This document shows, piece by piece, positions 26,267-35,316 of a stretch of DNA of 40,517 nt; within the stretch, counting starts at the first letter, position 1, and each line of letters starts with the position of its first letter. Location of the stretch: the NCBI GenBank assembly GCA_012837565.1, contig DUQY01000066.1, positions 1-40,517 of the forward strand, read 5' to 3'. The translations under genes were made by a program, and so were the position numbers. Below the pieces are notes generated by a model. The model was not told where the DNA came from and did not search any database. It saw only the letters and a program-made list of their open reading frames with translations. The stretch comes from Bacteroidales bacterium. Lineage in GTDB: Bacteria; Bacteroidota; Bacteroidia; Bacteroidales; P3.

Positions 26267-27280
26267 ATGTATAAACGAAATATCTTGTTTTCACTCACTA
26301 AGGCAGCAAAATCTTGTTTGTTTGTTATTATAGCAATCATGCCTTTCATAGGTTTTTCGCAACAAGAGCCTCAATTTACTCAGTATATGTTTAATCGTCT
26401 GTCATATAATCCGGCTTATGCAGGTAGTAATGGCGCAATGTGTTTAACAGGATTTTATAGAAACCAATGGATGGGTTTAAAGCTAACAGATATTAATAAC
26501 GGCAACCCTTCAACACCAACTACATTAAATTTTTCGTTTGATCTTCCTATAAGAATTTTACACGGAGGCCTAGGAGCAACAATAGTATCTGATAAGATTG
26601 GATATTGGGACCAAACCTTTGTGAAATTAGATTATGCATATAGATTTGAATTGCCTACAGGTAATTTAGCAATTGGAATAGAAGCACAATTCTTTAGCTC
26701 TGCAATTGATTTTGGAAAATTAGTAGGAAGTGATCAAATTAATGAATTAGATCAAATAATACCTTCAAATGACCCTGTATTAAGAGATGCATCACAACAG
26801 AACGACTTCTTATTTGACCTAGGGTTAGGTGTATATTATCAAATTCCTGGTAAGTTTTATGCAGGATTATCATCAACAAAATTATTAGAAACTAAGAGCG
26901 AAAAGCTTAAATGGCAGGATAAGAGACATTATTTTATTTTAGCAGGATATGAATGGACAATTCCAGCTTACCCTTCTTTTAGGGTTTTGCCGTCTGCAAT
27001 ATTAAAAACGGAATTATCAACATTCCAACTTGATGCATCAGCACTTTTGGAATATAATTATATGTTTTGGGGAGGAGTAAATTTCCGTATCCAAGATGCA
27101 GTAAGTGTTTTAGGAGGATTAACATTGGGTGGCTTTAAACTTGGAATGGCTTACGATATACCAACAGGAAGAGTGTCAGGGAAGTCTTTTGGATCTTTTG
27201 AGCTCTTTGTTAGATATTGTTTCAAGGTTGAGAACCAACCTAAGCCTCCAACAAGCTACAGAAACACTCGTATGAATTAA
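26267..27280 (+). CDS. porP: type IX secretion system membrane protein PorP/SprF
   Basis: 337 aa. Signal peptide, then QQEPQFTQYMFNRLSYNPAYAG, the hallmark N-terminus of the PorP/SprF beta-barrel family. It lies directly upstream of gldK. Confidence 0.85.
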   Translation: MYKRNILFSLTKAAKSCLFVIIAIMPFIGFSQQEPQFTQYMFNRLSYNPAYAGSNGAMCLTGFYRNQWMGLKLTDINNGNPSTPTTLNFSFDLPIRILHGGLGATIVSDKIGYWDQTFVKLDYAYRFELPTGNLAIGIEAQFFSSAIDFGKLVGSDQINELDQIIPSNDPVLRDASQQNDFLFDLGLGVYYQIPGKFYAGLSSTKLLETKSEKLKWQDKRHYFILAGYEWTIPAYPSFRVLPSAILKTELSTFQLDASALLEYNYMFWGGVNFRIQDAVSVLGGLTLGGFKLGMAYDIPTGRVSGKSFGSFELFVRYCFKVENQPKPPTSYRNTRMN

Positions 27281-27356
27281 AATTAATGTAACTAAACGAT
27301 TTCTTTTACGTTTAGAGAAGGAAATAACAGAAAAGAAATATAAAATTTCAGAGAAT

Positions 27357-28733
27357 ATGAAAAAACTCATTTTAATAGCGTCATTAGCATTATTTGCAGT
27401 AGGATGTAGTTCGTCTGACAATGGGGAACTGACAGGGGTACAAAATAGAAAGCAATTTGAAGATATGCAACCTTACGGGATGGTTGAAGTTCCTCAAGGA
27501 AGTTTTATGATGGGCTCCGCTGATGAAGACTTGTATTCATCATACACTTACTCACCAAAAACTGTTCAGTTAAATTCATTTTGGATGGATGAAACTGAAA
27601 TAACTAATAATGAATATCGTCAATTTGTATATTGGGTTAGAGATTCAATTGCATACAAATTATTAGGCGAAGCAAACCCTCAAAAGTATTTAATTGAAGT
27701 TGACCAGTACGGAGAAGAACTTCCAGAGGCTCTAATAAATTGGAGAGCTAAGATTAATTGGGATTTAACCAATGCTGAGGAAAGAGAAGCATTAGATCCA
27801 TTATTCATCCCTTCTGAAGAAAGATTCTACAATAAGAAGCAAATTGATACAAGAAAGATCAATTACGAATATTATTGGATTGACTATAATACCGCAGCAA
27901 AGAAAGAGCATAATACAGGTCTTGAATTAGCTCAAGAACTAAAAGGATCTGCTTTTGCAGGAAGACCAAATGGTATTAAAAACAGAAAACAACTTGTAAA
28001 GAAGGAGATTATAAATATATACCCAGATACATTATGTTGGATGCACGATTATGCATATTCATATAATGATACTTATACTCGTTCATATTTTTCTCACCCA
28101 GCATACGATAACTATCCAGTTGTTGGTATAACATACAAACAAGCTCAGGCTTTCTCAAGATGGAGAACTTTTATAATGAATAATTTCTTAGAATCAAAAG
28201 ATTTCTCAAGAATGGAAGATTTTCGTTTGCCAACAGAGGCAGAATGGGAATATGCAGCTAAGGGTGGTGCACCTGGAGCTCCTTATCCATGGGGCGGACC
28301 ATACGTAAGAAATGGTAAAGGATGCTTTATTGCTAACTACAAGCCTATGAGAGGAAATTATGATAATGACGGAGGAGTTTTACCTGTTGTTGTTGCTCAT
28401 TATGCTCCAAATGATTTTGGTCTTTATGATATGGCAGGAAACGTTTCAGAATGGTGTGAAGACACTTTCGATGAATCTTCATATAATTTCACACATGATT
28501 TAAATCAATCAGCAAGATATCAAGCAACAGACGACGATAGTCCTCAAATGAAGAGAAAAGTTATTCGTGGAGGTTCATGGAAAGATCAAAAACACTTTAT
28601 CCAAACATCAACACGTGCATACGAATACCAAGACTCAGGTAAGAGCTATTTAGGATTCCGTTGTGTTCAATCATACATAGGTAGAGTTAAGGGAGATAAT
28701 CCTAAAACATCTTCTAACGTATACAAAAACTAA
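27357..28733 (+). CDS. gldK: T9SS/gliding lipoprotein GldK (PorK)
   Basis: 458 aa. Lipobox LFAVGCSS. SUMF1/FGE-type domain (RLPTEAEWEYAAKGG, GNVSEWC, RGGSW). Context is gldKLMN. Confidence 0.9.
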   Translation: MKKLILIASLALFAVGCSSSDNGELTGVQNRKQFEDMQPYGMVEVPQGSFMMGSADEDLYSSYTYSPKTVQLNSFWMDETEITNNEYRQFVYWVRDSIAYKLLGEANPQKYLIEVDQYGEELPEALINWRAKINWDLTNAEEREALDPLFIPSEERFYNKKQIDTRKINYEYYWIDYNTAAKKEHNTGLELAQELKGSAFAGRPNGIKNRKQLVKKEIINIYPDTLCWMHDYAYSYNDTYTRSYFSHPAYDNYPVVGITYKQAQAFSRWRTFIMNNFLESKDFSRMEDFRLPTEAEWEYAAKGGAPGAPYPWGGPYVRNGKGCFIANYKPMRGNYDNDGGVLPVVVAHYAPNDFGLYDMAGNVSEWCEDTFDESSYNFTHDLNQSARYQATDDDSPQMKRKVIRGGSWKDQKHFIQTSTRAYEYQDSGKSYLGFRCVQSYIGRVKGDNPKTSSNVYKN

Positions 28734-28778
28734 AAGAAATAATAAACATTTATATACAAAATAAAAAACGATTTTAAC

Positions 28779-29741
28779 ATGGGCATAGATAGTTTTGTAA
28801 GGAGTAAGTTCTATAAAAATATGGCTGCAAAGCTATATGGTATTGGCGCATCAGCTGTAATTATAGGTGCATTGTTCAAAATTCAACACTGGCCTGGTGC
28901 AGGTTTCCTATTAACAGTAGGGATGGTAATTGAGTCCATAATTTTCTTTATCTCTGCGTTTGAACCATTACACGTAGAATACGATTGGAGCTTAGCATAT
29001 CCTGAATTAGCAGGAATGGAAGAAGAGCCTAAAATTGAAGATAAGAAAAAGAAGAAAAAAGGTAAAAAAGATGTAGATTTAGGCTTAGACTTAAGCGCAT
29101 TAGCAGGCTTGCAAATAGGACATCAAGGTATGACCGAAACACAGGTACTAGATGATATGCTTTCTAAGGCAAAAATTGGACCAGAACTAATAGAGAGTTT
29201 AGGAAAAGGCCTTCAAAACTTATCAGATACAGCATCTCAATTAGGAAGTCTTTCTAATGCAGCAGCTTCATCAGAAAACTTTATTAAAAATATTGATGGA
29301 GCATCAGAATCAGTTTTAGAATTATCTAATTCATATAGGAAAACAGCAGACTACTTAAATAAAGACCTAATGGTTTCTGGAGAATACTTAGCAAATGTAC
29401 AGGATGCAGCAACTGCAGTATCAACACTAGCTAATATATATAAAGAAACAGCAGTAGCACTAACAAGTGGAGACTCTTCTTATTTGAGCGAATTGAAAAC
29501 AATGGCTTCAAGCCTTTCATCAATTAATGCTTTATATGAATTGCAAATTCAAAATTCAACTGCTCAACTAGAATCTACAACACAAGTTCAAGAGAAAATA
29601 GATAATTTAGTTGTTAATTTTGCAGATACAGCAGAAAATGTACTTAGATATAAAGAACAAGTAAATGCTCTTTCAAAGAAAGTTACTGCTTTGAATGATA
29701 TCTACGGTAATATGCTTGCTGCAATGCAGACAAGAGCATAG
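28779..29741 (+). CDS. gldL: T9SS/gliding motor protein GldL (PorL)
   Basis: 320 aa. Two N-terminal TM helices (LYGIGASAVIIGALFKIQHWPGA...) followed by a coiled-coil-like cytoplasmic region. Confidence 0.88.
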   Translation: MGIDSFVRSKFYKNMAAKLYGIGASAVIIGALFKIQHWPGAGFLLTVGMVIESIIFFISAFEPLHVEYDWSLAYPELAGMEEEPKIEDKKKKKKGKKDVDLGLDLSALAGLQIGHQGMTETQVLDDMLSKAKIGPELIESLGKGLQNLSDTASQLGSLSNAAASSENFIKNIDGASESVLELSNSYRKTADYLNKDLMVSGEYLANVQDAATAVSTLANIYKETAVALTSGDSSYLSELKTMASSLSSINALYELQIQNSTAQLESTTQVQEKIDNLVVNFADTAENVLRYKEQVNALSKKVTALNDIYGNMLAAMQTRA

Positions 29742-29794
29742 GTGAAATGCCTATTAATTGAATATACAAGAACTAAACAATAGAATAGAGAACT

Positions 29795-31393
29795 ATGGGT
29801 GCAACAAATTGTCCGGAGACCCCGAGACAGAGAATGATTTCGATGATGTATTTAGTGTACACAGCTTTGTTGGCATTAAACGTATCTGTTGAAATTCTCC
29901 AAGCTTTTGTGACTGTTGGAGATAGTATGGAAATAACAAATGAGTTGTTTTCAACTAAAATAGATAATTCTTATTATGTTTTTGAGAAAGCTTATTTAGC
30001 AAATCCAGAGAAAGTTGGACCTAATTGGGAAAAAGCAAAACAAGTTAGAAAAGAAACTAAAGAGATGACTAATTATATTGACGATGTTAAATATGAATTA
30101 GTAGCAGTTGTTGAAGGCTTAAAGGGAGGAAAAGAAGAGGCTAAGAAATTGTTAGCTGAAAAGGGATACGAAGGAATTAAGGCAAAGGATGACTACTCAA
30201 AACCAACACAATACTTTATTGGAGGAACCGAACAAGGAACCGAAGCTAAGGCGATGGAAATTAGAAAGAAGATTGAGGCCTATCAAGAAAGAATGCTAAA
30301 ACTAGCAGATCCAAACTTTCTTGAGAAGTTGAAAAAGATGCAAATTAATACCAAAGCAACATTTGAAAATAGATCAGGTCAGAAATTGAACTGGCAACTA
30401 TATAACTTTAATCAAACTATAACCCTAGCCGATTTAGTTATTCTAAATAAATTTAAATCGGAAATTCAGAATGCTGAGTTTGATATGGTAAACCATTTAT
30501 TAGCCTCAGTAAGTGCTGATGACTATAAGTTTGATAATGTTAGAGCAAAAGTTGTTCCAACAGCAACATATGTTATGCAAGGAACTTCATATGAGGCACA
30601 AGTATTTGTTGCGGCATATGATTCAAAAACCCAATTAACTGCTGATGTTAGAGGAGCAAACCTTGTTAGTGATTCAGGAGTTATTAGGTTGAAATTTCCA
30701 GCTGGAGCAGTTGGACTTCAAAAATACCAAGGTACAGTTTATGTTAAAGGAGATAAAGGTGACGAACCTTATCCATTCTCTGGAGAGTATTTTGTTGCAG
30801 CACCTGCTGTTACAATTTCCCCAACAAATATGAACGTATTCTATATTGGAGTTGATAACCCAGTATCTATTTCTTCTCCAGGAACTAGCTTTGAGCAATT
30901 AGTTACATCAATCACCGGAGGAGGTGGGGCAACCATTAAGAAGGTATCTCCAGGTAACTATATAGTTAATGTTAAAACACAGCAAGAGGTAATTATATCT
31001 GTTGATGCTAACATTAATGGAAAGAATATGAAACAAGGATCAATGAAGTTCCGTGTTAAACAAATACCTAAGCCAAAAGCAGTGGTAGGTGCATCTGATG
31101 GTGGAAGAATAGCTAAGGAAATTCTTATAGCTCAAGGTGGACTAAAAGTTATTATGGACGGATTTGACTTCCCTGTAAGATATGATGTGGTTGAGTTCCA
31201 AATGACCTTCAATACAGGAGGAGACGGACAGGCTCCACTAGTAGCTAGAGGATCACGCTTTACACCAGAAATGATAAGTCAGCTCCAAAGACTAAGAAGA
31301 GGGAATAAGGTTTATATTGAGGGAATTAGAGCAAAAGGACCTGACGGAGAAAAATCAGTTCAAAACCCTCAAATGATTTTTACAATACAATAA
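29795..31393 (+). CDS. gldM: T9SS/gliding protein GldM (PorM)
   Basis: 532 aa. N-terminal PRQRMISMMYLVYTALLALNVS, the GldM TM-helix signature, followed by a long periplasmic region. Confidence 0.88.
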   Translation: MGATNCPETPRQRMISMMYLVYTALLALNVSVEILQAFVTVGDSMEITNELFSTKIDNSYYVFEKAYLANPEKVGPNWEKAKQVRKETKEMTNYIDDVKYELVAVVEGLKGGKEEAKKLLAEKGYEGIKAKDDYSKPTQYFIGGTEQGTEAKAMEIRKKIEAYQERMLKLADPNFLEKLKKMQINTKATFENRSGQKLNWQLYNFNQTITLADLVILNKFKSEIQNAEFDMVNHLLASVSADDYKFDNVRAKVVPTATYVMQGTSYEAQVFVAAYDSKTQLTADVRGANLVSDSGVIRLKFPAGAVGLQKYQGTVYVKGDKGDEPYPFSGEYFVAAPAVTISPTNMNVFYIGVDNPVSISSPGTSFEQLVTSITGGGGATIKKVSPGNYIVNVKTQQEVIISVDANINGKNMKQGSMKFRVKQIPKPKAVVGASDGGRIAKEILIAQGGLKVIMDGFDFPVRYDVVEFQMTFNTGGDGQAPLVARGSRFTPEMISQLQRLRRGNKVYIEGIRAKGPDGEKSVQNPQMIFTIQ

Positions 31394-31406
31394 AAACAAA
31401 TAGTAT

Positions 31407-32273
31407 ATGAAAAAAATAGTTGTAATAGTATTAGTGCTAATGTCTATGTTTGCAATAGATTTGAATGCACAAATATTAGACGAACCAGAAACTCCACCAA
31501 GAGATAGTTTTTATGAAAAAATATCATACAAACAAAGAAAGCCATTTACTTTCCCATATGTGCGTGAGGCAGATGTTGTTTGGCAGTGGAGAGTTTGGAG
31601 AGTTATAGATTTCCGTGAAAAACAAAACCAAGTTTTTTATTATCCGATTGATCCAGACCAAGGAAGAGTAAACCTTTTTTATGCTCTCGAACAAGCAATT
31701 AACGAAGGGAGAATAAAGATATATCTCGACGATGAGTTTACAACAGAAATTGTAGATTGGCAAGAAAGAAAGATGTCATTAATTCCAGCTCAAACAACTA
31801 CAATTGATGTAGAAGATATTGACGGAACCCTATACCAAAAGGACACAGTTATTCAAATCCCTCTTAAAACTGAGGATATAAAAACTCTTCGTATAAAAGA
31901 AGATTGGTTTATAGACAAAAGTAGAACAGTTCAGGATGTTAGAATATCTGGTTTCTCACCAATATTTTACAGAAGTCCTGAAGATGGTTCAACACCAATT
32001 CCTTATCCTCTTTTTTGGGTAAGATATGACGATCCAGAGGTAAGAGATATGCTTGCAAACACAGAAGTATATAATTTTAAGAATGATGCTCAAAGAAGAA
32101 CATATGATGACATATTCTTAAAAAGGATGTTTAACAGCTATATAATAAAAGAATCAAATATCTATAGCGTACGTACTCTTAATCAATACACCTCAGGAGA
32201 CGAGGCACTAATAGAATCTAATAATATTAAAAACGCAATATACAATTTTGAAGAAGATATGTGGGAATATTAG
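31407..32273 (+). CDS. gldN: T9SS/gliding protein GldN (PorN)
   Basis: 288 aa with a signal peptide. It occupies the fourth position of the gldKLMN cluster, and the WRVWRVIDFREKQN region is typical of GldN. Confidence 0.85.
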   Translation: MKKIVVIVLVLMSMFAIDLNAQILDEPETPPRDSFYEKISYKQRKPFTFPYVREADVVWQWRVWRVIDFREKQNQVFYYPIDPDQGRVNLFYALEQAINEGRIKIYLDDEFTTEIVDWQERKMSLIPAQTTTIDVEDIDGTLYQKDTVIQIPLKTEDIKTLRIKEDWFIDKSRTVQDVRISGFSPIFYRSPEDGSTPIPYPLFWVRYDDPEVRDMLANTEVYNFKNDAQRRTYDDIFLKRMFNSYIIKESNIYSVRTLNQYTSGDEALIESNNIKNAIYNFEEDMWEY

Positions 32274-32293
32274 AATTAACTAAAACCACAACC

Positions 32294-32337
32294 AAAAAAA
32301 ATACAGCAATGATTTAATTCTTTGCTGTATTTTTTTT
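32294..32337. terminator. bidirectional intrinsic terminator after gldN
   Basis: ATACAGCAA (32301-32309) pairs with TTGCTGTAT (32322-32330) over 9 bp. It is flanked by an A-run (32294-32300) and a T-run (32331-32337). Confidence 0.8.
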
Positions 32338-32343
32338 GTTTCA

Positions 32344-32490
32344 GAAATTAACTCTGCGTTTCACAAAATTAACTCTGCGTTTCACGAAATTGAATCTTCG
32401 TTTTAAAATTTTGTTTCTGCGTTTCAGCAAATCCTTTCTTTGTTTCAATTTCCTAACTCTGCGTTTCATTTTCTTGTCCCTTGTTTGGCT
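32344..32490 (+). repeat. 21-bp-period tandem array, 7 units, consensus nAAaTTnaCTCTGCGTTTCAn (array C)
   Basis: Units: GAAATTAACTCTGCGTTTCAC / AAAATTAACTCTGCGTTTCAC / GAAATTGAATCTTCGTTTTAA / AATTTTGTTTCTGCGTTTCAG / CAAATCCTTTCTTTGTTTCAA / TTTCCTAACTCTGCGTTTCAT / TTTCTTGTCCCTTGTTTGGCT (degenerate). The CG/TG of the core falls at 32357 + 21n. A further partial unit (TTTGTTTCA, 32335-32343) fuses with the terminator T-run. Confidence 0.9.
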
Positions 32491-32611
32491 TGTTTGTCCT
32501 ATCTTAATAAAAAACTAAGCTTGTAAAACAAACAAAAATTAAAAAAAGGCAGAAAGGACAGAATTAATCAATCAAAATATTAGAAATTTACATGTAATAA
32601 GAGGAAATAAT

Positions 32612-33379
32612 CTATTTTTTGATGAAATCTAGAATTGATTTTAGTAAAAATGCAGGATTATCAACCTGAATTAAGTGACCAGCATTTGGAACCGTTATCG
32701 TTTTCGAGTTTTTAAACTTTTCTTTGAATGTGATTAAGTCTTCATCCCTAACATAGGTTGAATTCTCCCCTCTAAGTAAAAGAGTTGGGATATTTATGTC
32801 GGAAAACTCAATACGAGCCATTACTTTTTCAACTTCTTTAGCAAGCATAATTATATTTGATCTCCATCTAAGAGTTTTCTTAGAGTAATCTAAATTCTTT
32901 AAAAGGACATCTACATAATCTTTCTCTATCCCTTTCTCAACCAAAAACGCCCTAAAATGGCTTACATCTTTAAAATCCGATGGGTTTGCTTCAAGAATTA
33001 GGTTTATTAGCAAGTCCCTTGCTTGAGTCCTTTGGTAGTCTTTAAAATGAATATCAATTAATATTAAGGATTTATAGTATTCAGGATTTTTATCAACCAT
33101 TTTCATCGCTATTTTCCCTCCCATCGAATGTCCAAGTAGTATTGGGTCTTCAAATCCTTGAGTTATGCAAAATGAATATAGAATATCAGCCAATTCATCA
33201 AAGGAAAAGTCTTCGGTGTGGAAGCTTCTGCCGTGGTTTGGAATATCTGGAACAATAACATTATAGCCCTGCTCGGATAAAAACTTAGCTCCTGACATCC
33301 AGTGGTCGCTTAGTCCTAACCAGCCATGAAGAATTAAAATTGCTTGCCCTTGTCCGTGTTGTTGAAAGTAAAATTTCAT
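32612..33379 (-). CDS. alpha/beta-fold hydrolase
   Basis: 255 aa. HGW oxyanion region, nucleophile elbow GHSMGG and a C-terminal GH catalytic His. Confidence 0.85.
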   Translation of the reverse strand: MKFYFQQHGQGQAILILHGWLGLSDHWMSGAKFLSEQGYNVIVPDIPNHGRSFHTEDFSFDELADILYSFCITQGFEDPILLGHSMGGKIAMKMVDKNPEYYKSLILIDIHFKDYQRTQARDLLINLILEANPSDFKDVSHFRAFLVEKGIEKDYVDVLLKNLDYSKKTLRWRSNIIMLAKEVEKVMARIEFSDINIPTLLLRGENSTYVRDEDLITFKEKFKNSKTITVPNAGHLIQVDNPAFLLKSILDFIKK

Positions 33380-33421
33380 ATTATATTTTTGTTTTAATCA
33401 ATAATGCAGTCATATTGAATG

Positions 33422-33429
33422 CAAATTTA
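33422..33429 (-). promoter_or_regulatory. -7 promoter element (TAAATTTG on the minus strand) for the hydrolase gene
   Basis: The plus strand reads CAAATTTA, about 45 nt upstream of the ATG at 33379. Confidence 0.45.
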
Positions 33430-33473
33430 AAAAAAATATGGTAGATATCCTTTGATAGGTTGTAAATTTTAAT

Positions 33474-33481
33474 TAGTTTTG
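33474..33481 (+). promoter_or_regulatory. -7 promoter element (TAGTTTTG) for rnfA
   Basis: Exact TAnnTTTG match about 28 nt upstream of the ATG at 33509. Confidence 0.5.
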
Positions 33482-33508
33482 CATCTTAAAATCTAAAGTT
33501 CTTCAACT

Positions 33509-34087
33509 ATGGAATATGTTGCAATTATTATTTTTGCGGTATTCGTTAACAACGTAATACTATCACAATTCTTAGGTATTTGTCCTTTCCTTGGGGTTTC
33601 CAATAAGGTTAGTACGTCCTTAGGAATGGGAGCAGCGGTTGTTTTCGTTATGACCCTTTCAACTCTTGTTACCTACCTTTTTCAACACTATTTGCTAAAT
33701 CCTCTTGAAATAGGTTTCCTCCAAACCATTGTTTTTATCTTGGTAATTGCAGCTCTGGTTCAAATGGTTGAGATTATATTAAAGAAAGTTAGTCCAAGTT
33801 TATATCAAGCACTAGGAGTTTTTCTTCCACTTATCACAACTAACTGTGCTGTCCTAGGTATAGCAATCTTAGTTATTCAAAAAGATTTTTCTTTAATCAC
33901 AGGGCTTATTTATGCAATTGGGATGTCATTAGGTTTCACCCTAGCAATGGTTCTTTTTGCAGGACTAAGAGAACAGATTGAGCTTTCATTTACCCCAAAA
34001 GGGATGAAAGGAATGCCAATAGTACTTGTAACAGCAGGTATTTTAGCAATGGCATTTATGGGATTTGCAGGCTTGGTTAAAATATAA
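33509..34087 (+). CDS. rnfA: Rnf electron-transport complex subunit A
   Basis: 192 aa. It aligns by eye end-to-end with E. coli RsxA/RnfA: VNN..L..FLG.CPF.GVS.K, FLPLITTNCAVLG and AFMGF.GLVK. Confidence 0.9.
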   Translation: MEYVAIIIFAVFVNNVILSQFLGICPFLGVSNKVSTSLGMGAAVVFVMTLSTLVTYLFQHYLLNPLEIGFLQTIVFILVIAALVQMVEIILKKVSPSLYQALGVFLPLITTNCAVLGIAILVIQKDFSLITGLIYAIGMSLGFTLAMVLFAGLREQIELSFTPKGMKGMPIVLVTAGILAMAFMGFAGLVKI

Positions 34088-34097
34088 TCATATAACA

Positions 34098-34547
34098 ATG
34101 GATAACGAAGTTAAAACTCCTATAAACGAAGAAATATCTAATAAACAAGAAGATAAAATTGATATAAAACCAATTAAGTCAATTGTTAAGGATAAGACTA
34201 GCAGAAAATTATCAAAAGGGCTTAAAGATAAACCCAAAAAGCCATCTTGGTGGTTACGCACAAAAAGGAAGAAACTGGTTTTAGAGCTTCAATCTGCCCT
34301 CAGAGAATTCGGAATAAATAAGGCTTGGGTTCATAATCATTTCATTACAGCAGAAGAAAAGAAGTCTAAGAACATTACCATATATGTTGAGATTAATAAT
34401 TTGAGAATAAACAAGATTGATGCTCAACAAATAGATGTTCTAATGGATAAGAAATTTAAAAAGAAGAAGATAAGCATTATTGATGTTAATACATTACAGC
34501 CTTTGATTAAAGAGTTTGTTTTCAAAGACGTTACCCCTTTACTATAA
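34098..34547 (+). CDS. hypothetical lysine-rich protein
   Basis: The track ORF starts at 34065, inside rnfA. The in-frame ATG at 34098 (MDNEVKTPINEE...) lies just after the rnfA stop and is more plausible. The N-terminal half is K/E-rich and low in complexity. No family was recognised. Confidence 0.45.
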   Translation: MDNEVKTPINEEISNKQEDKIDIKPIKSIVKDKTSRKLSKGLKDKPKKPSWWLRTKRKKLVLELQSALREFGINKAWVHNHFITAEEKKSKNITIYVEINNLRINKIDAQQIDVLMDKKFKKKKISIIDVNTLQPLIKEFVFKDVTPLL

Positions 34548-34554
34548 ATACTTA

Positions 34555-35316
34555 ATGAAAATTTCAGCAAGCATAATTTCATTCAACGAAGAAAAGAATA
34601 TCGAACGTTGTTTAATATCTCTACAAGGTATTGTGGATGAAATAATTGTTCTTGATTCCAATTCTACTGACAAGACAAAAGAGATTTGTTTGAGATACGA
34701 TAACGTAAGATTTTTTTCACAAGACTGGCTAGGTTATTCATCTCAAAAAAACTATGCAAATAGCTTGTCATCAAATAATACCATTCTTTCAATAGATGCC
34801 GACGAGGCTTTGTCCTCCGAATTGAAGCAAAGCATACTTGATATAAAAGCAAAGTATAAAGATATCACTAATCCTAATATAATATTTTCAGTAAAGAGAC
34901 TAACAAACTATTGTGGCTCTTGGATAAAGCATTGTGGCTGGTACCCAGATATAAAACAAAGAATTTTTAGTAAAGAAGTTAATTGGGTAGGAGATATACA
35001 TGAGTCTTTACTTCATTTGCCTAATACAAAAACAATTATGCTTAAGGGCGATTTATATCATTATTCTTATCATACAACCTCTGATCATATTCTTCAAGTA
35101 GAGAAGTTTACAAACCTTACCTCAAAACAAGCTTTTGAGAAAGGGAAGAAAGGTCATATCCTAGGACTATGGTTTAAGCCTCAATGGAAGTTTTTTAGAG
35201 ATTACATATTAAAAGCAGGAATATTAGATGGCTATGCAGGCTATCAAGTTTGTAGGATATCTGCTTTTGCAACCTATTTGAAACATGCAAAGCTTAGAGA
35301 ACTTAATAAGAAATAA
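34555..35316 (+). CDS. family 2 glycosyltransferase
   Basis: The likely start is the ATG at 34555 (MKISASIISFNEEKNIERCL...), in-frame with the track ORF start at 34516. GT2 hallmarks are SxxxxxxNEE, VLDSNSTD and SIDADE (the DxD motif). Confidence 0.85.
   Translation: MKISASIISFNEEKNIERCLISLQGIVDEIIVLDSNSTDKTKEICLRYDNVRFFSQDWLGYSSQKNYANSLSSNNTILSIDADEALSSELKQSILDIKAKYKDITNPNIIFSVKRLTNYCGSWIKHCGWYPDIKQRIFSKEVNWVGDIHESLLHLPNTKTIMLKGDLYHYSYHTTSDHILQVEKFTNLTSKQAFEKGKKGHILGLWFKPQWKFFRDYILKAGILDGYAGYQVCRISAFATYLKHAKLRELNKK

Noticed and set aside
32344-32490. Possibility that the 21-bp arrays (also at 11793 and 21137) are CRISPR arrays or degenerate CRISPR remnants, since the core GTTTCA / TGAAAC resembles CRISPR repeat termini.
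   Set aside because: The units are contiguous with no unique spacers, the period is only 21 bp, the units are imperfect, and no cas genes are in the window.
32336-32518. 60-aa ORF translating to a striking heptad repeat (KLTLRFT KLTLRFT KLNLRFK ILFLRFS ...).
   Set aside because: The 7-aa periodicity is simply the 21-bp DNA repeat read in frame. The ORF starts inside the gldN terminator T-run, has no promoter, and units degenerate at the DNA level without preserving the peptide. I treat it as a translation artefact of array C.
34065-34555. Longest-ORF starts at 34065 (overlapping rnfA) and at 34516 (overlapping the preceding ORF).
   Set aside because: In-frame ATGs at 34098 and 34555 remove the overlaps. 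At 34555 the product gains a canonical GT2 N-terminus (MKISASIISFNEEKN). I report the shorter models.
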